From: Malacoraja senta
Lineage: Eukaryota
Direction of reading: 5' to 3'
Assembly: GCA_038087875.1 (NCBI GenBank)
Contig: CM075988.1
Location: 18,850,001-18,914,000, forward strand
DNA length: 64,000 nucleotides
The notes beneath the pieces are model-generated. The model had not been told where the DNA came from, did not search any database, and was given only the letters and a program-made list of their open reading frames with translations. The position numbers and the translations under genes are program-made. How positions within the stretch are numbered: the first letter of the stretch is position 1; every line of letters begins with the position of its first letter. Below are positions 61,515 to 64,000 of this stretch, one piece after another.

Positions 61515-61681
61515 TATGTCACACAGCCCTGCTTGCGACTGCGGACATCCAGACCAGACCATCCCACACTTCGTGAATGACTGCCCACTGAGGCTTTTCC
61601 CTGTGGGGCATCAAAGCAATCCACTGATGATACCCTTGATCTACTACTTTAGGCCATGCACGCCATATGCAAGAAGAAGAA
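61515..61681 (+). mobile_element. Vingi-like LINE 3' end
   Basis: SPACDCGHPDQTIPHFVNDCP zinc knuckle. Ends GCCATATGCAAGAAGAAGAA. Confidence 0.65.
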
Positions 61682-62217
61682 TATGTCACAAAATATGGCA
61701 TTCAGATAACACATGGAAGGCTAATATGCTGCAGGAAGGAACTGCAGATGCTGGTTTAAACAGAAGATAGACAGTCTGAAGAATGGTCTCGAACCGAAAC
61801 GTCACCCATACCTTCTACCTGAAGGCTAATGTGGGTTCTCTTAAAGGACAACTCCATTTTGACAATATTTATATTGGTTTTAGGTTCCTTGAGGAATTGT
61901 CATGAGGTACTGAGAAGCAGTGCAAAACCTTGTTTGCCATTCTATTCAGGCAATTCATATCACATAGACATTCCCATCATCTTCGACGTGAACCCACCAC
62001 CACTCACAACTTTCCAAACAACCCATCCCTTTCCATGTGTTGTGGAGAGCCCTCTCTCTGCAACTCCTTGGTTCACTCGCTTTGTAGAAAGCCGTTCTCA
62101 TTGCTCAAACCTTTAAGGTTCATCAAGTAGAAACCTTGCCGTAAATTTACAACTCCTAAAGTCACCCAATACATTTCTTCTTCAAAGTCTTTGCCAGAAA
62201 GGAGGTAACTTTAATAA

Positions 62218-62425
62218 AGTCAGCGGGACAGGCAGCAGCTCTGGAGAGAAGGAATGAATGATGTTTCGGGTTGAGACCCTTTTGCAGAAGGGTCTGAAGA
62301 AGCGTCTTGACCCAAAACGTCATCCATTCCTTCACTCCGGAGATGCTGCCTGTCCCGCGGAGTTACTCCAGCATTTTGTGTCTGTCTGCAGTTTAAATCA
62401 GCATCTGCAGTTCCTTCCTACACAT
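62218..62425. mobile_element. Fold-back Penelope-derived element
   Basis: Inverted arms, with CTTTAATAA direct repeats at 62209-62217 and 62426-62434. Confidence 0.7.
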
Positions 62426-64000
62426 CTTTAATAACGTTTTTAATATGATGGAGGATTTGAGGAATTAGTGTACACATCACTACGACAGTTCAAAAAGACT
62501 GTAAAAAGTTCTCAGAACTAGGGTTTAATGTTGAGAGCAGCAGAATTGAAACGCATGGAACTTATGTTTCTTGGTTAGATCACACTCTAAATATATAATA
62601 TTTATAGGTTCTGGGAAAGATACATAAAAGTTTGGCGACAAAACGAAGGTACCTAACAGGGAACATAGACCGAAATTGTACCTTCTGGGAAAATGAGTGA
62701 TGGAAGAGAGCTTTACAAAATTATTACAACAGGCTTGCCAGAGTGGATGGATAAAGAGATTTATATCCGCAGAACCTAATGCTTTAAATATATCAACAAA
62801 TGCAGTAGGAAGTTCAGGAGAAACTATTTTTCCTTGTGTATTCTCATTGGGAATGGCAGATAGGAAAAACGTCAATGCCTCCAGGAGAAGTCACTGAAAA
62901 AAGTCATACCCATAAAACACGGATAAGGAGCCAAAGAGCAGAGAAACATTTCATCCATGTAGGTCCAATTCATCCATACCGATCAAGGTACCCCATTTAA
63001 ACTAATCCCATTTGCCCGCGCTTGGCCCAAATCTCTCCAAATCTTTCTTATCCGTGTACCAGAGTCAGAGAGAGCAGCCGGGAGAGAAGTTAACTGAAGG
63101 AAGTGGCGCTGGGTTAGCTGAAGAATGGCGGTAGAGCCCTGTGTAGAGCAGAGGCACCAGTACAGACCTGTCGGCAGTGGCACTCAATGACATGCTCCAA
63201 AGTCAGAGTGTTTGGCGATATTTCAACAGTGATTTGCGAGCATTAGACTAGGTTAACTCGCACGAGCAGATTAAGCAGCGAGATAATTACTAGGACTTCA
63301 GATGCCCGTCTCTGTGGCCAGAATATTGAAAGGGTGCAGTATCTGGATCGCAGTAGATAACTTCCATTTACAGAGCGGCTGCCAGCTCGTTCAAAGAGAA
63401 AGCCAGGAAGAATTGGAATGGTGATTCAAATGTATTCACACATGTAACTTCGCAAGGTTAAAGAGGAGACTTTTGATCAAATTGCTCAGATCAAATGATC
63501 ATTCCCTTTCTTCCTTGTAATCTCGATGATGAGGTAATGAATTTATGAGTCACAGTCACACATAGATTTAATTTGGAACTTGACGGATAACTTTTTCATG
63601 CAGAGGGTGGTGGGTATGTGGAACGAGCTGCCAGAAGAAGCTGTAACGGTACAGGAGTAATCCATGGCATTGGAGCAGTGTTTAGCCGCACATTCGTGGG
63701 TCCAACTGCCAGTGCTTTTGTGATCACATTTGAGGAAGAGGACAATGTCAGGATTGAAGAACTCAGATTTGTAGCTTAATTGGCCTGGCATGAATGTAAA
63801 TTGTCCCTAGTAAATGTCAGATAGTGTTAATGGACGGGGATCGCTGGTTGGTGTGGACTCGGTGGGCTGAAGGACCTGTTTCTGCATTGTAATTAAGCTA
63901 AAACCGTAGATAATATTTCAGATTCAGATTCAGATTCAGATTCAGATTCAACTTTATTGTCATTGTGCAGTGTACAGTACAGAGACAACGAAATGCAGTT

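Overview
Eukaryotic, repeat-dominated non-coding DNA with a 200-N assembly gap at 24120-24319. The repeat content (HE1/V-SINE-like tRNA SINEs sharing 3' tails with CR1/HER1-type LINEs) points to a cartilaginous fish, probably a skate or ray (inference). I found no host protein-coding exon or RNA gene. Every convincing ORF is a retroelement remnant: CR1, L1/Tx1, Rex1/Babar, Vingi, or the Penelope GIY-YIG C-terminus. The window also holds five PIF/Harbinger-type MITEs, Helitron ends, a solo LTR with a 4-bp TSD, micro- and minisatellites, and unique AT-rich islands with RFX/homeodomain motifs that may be enhancers. Two candidates stand out. (1) Abundant ~50-230 bp Penelope-derived modules, several carrying a minimal hammerhead-ribozyme core, which often form fold-back palindromes pivoting at the ribozyme core and insert independently with 13-14 bp TSDs. 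(2) A ~0.8 kb GC-rich, non-tRNA, non-coding retroposon group whose diverged members keep two 3' stem-loops by covariation. Family names come from recognition, not database searches. Repeat boundaries are approximate unless a TSD or TIR is quoted.
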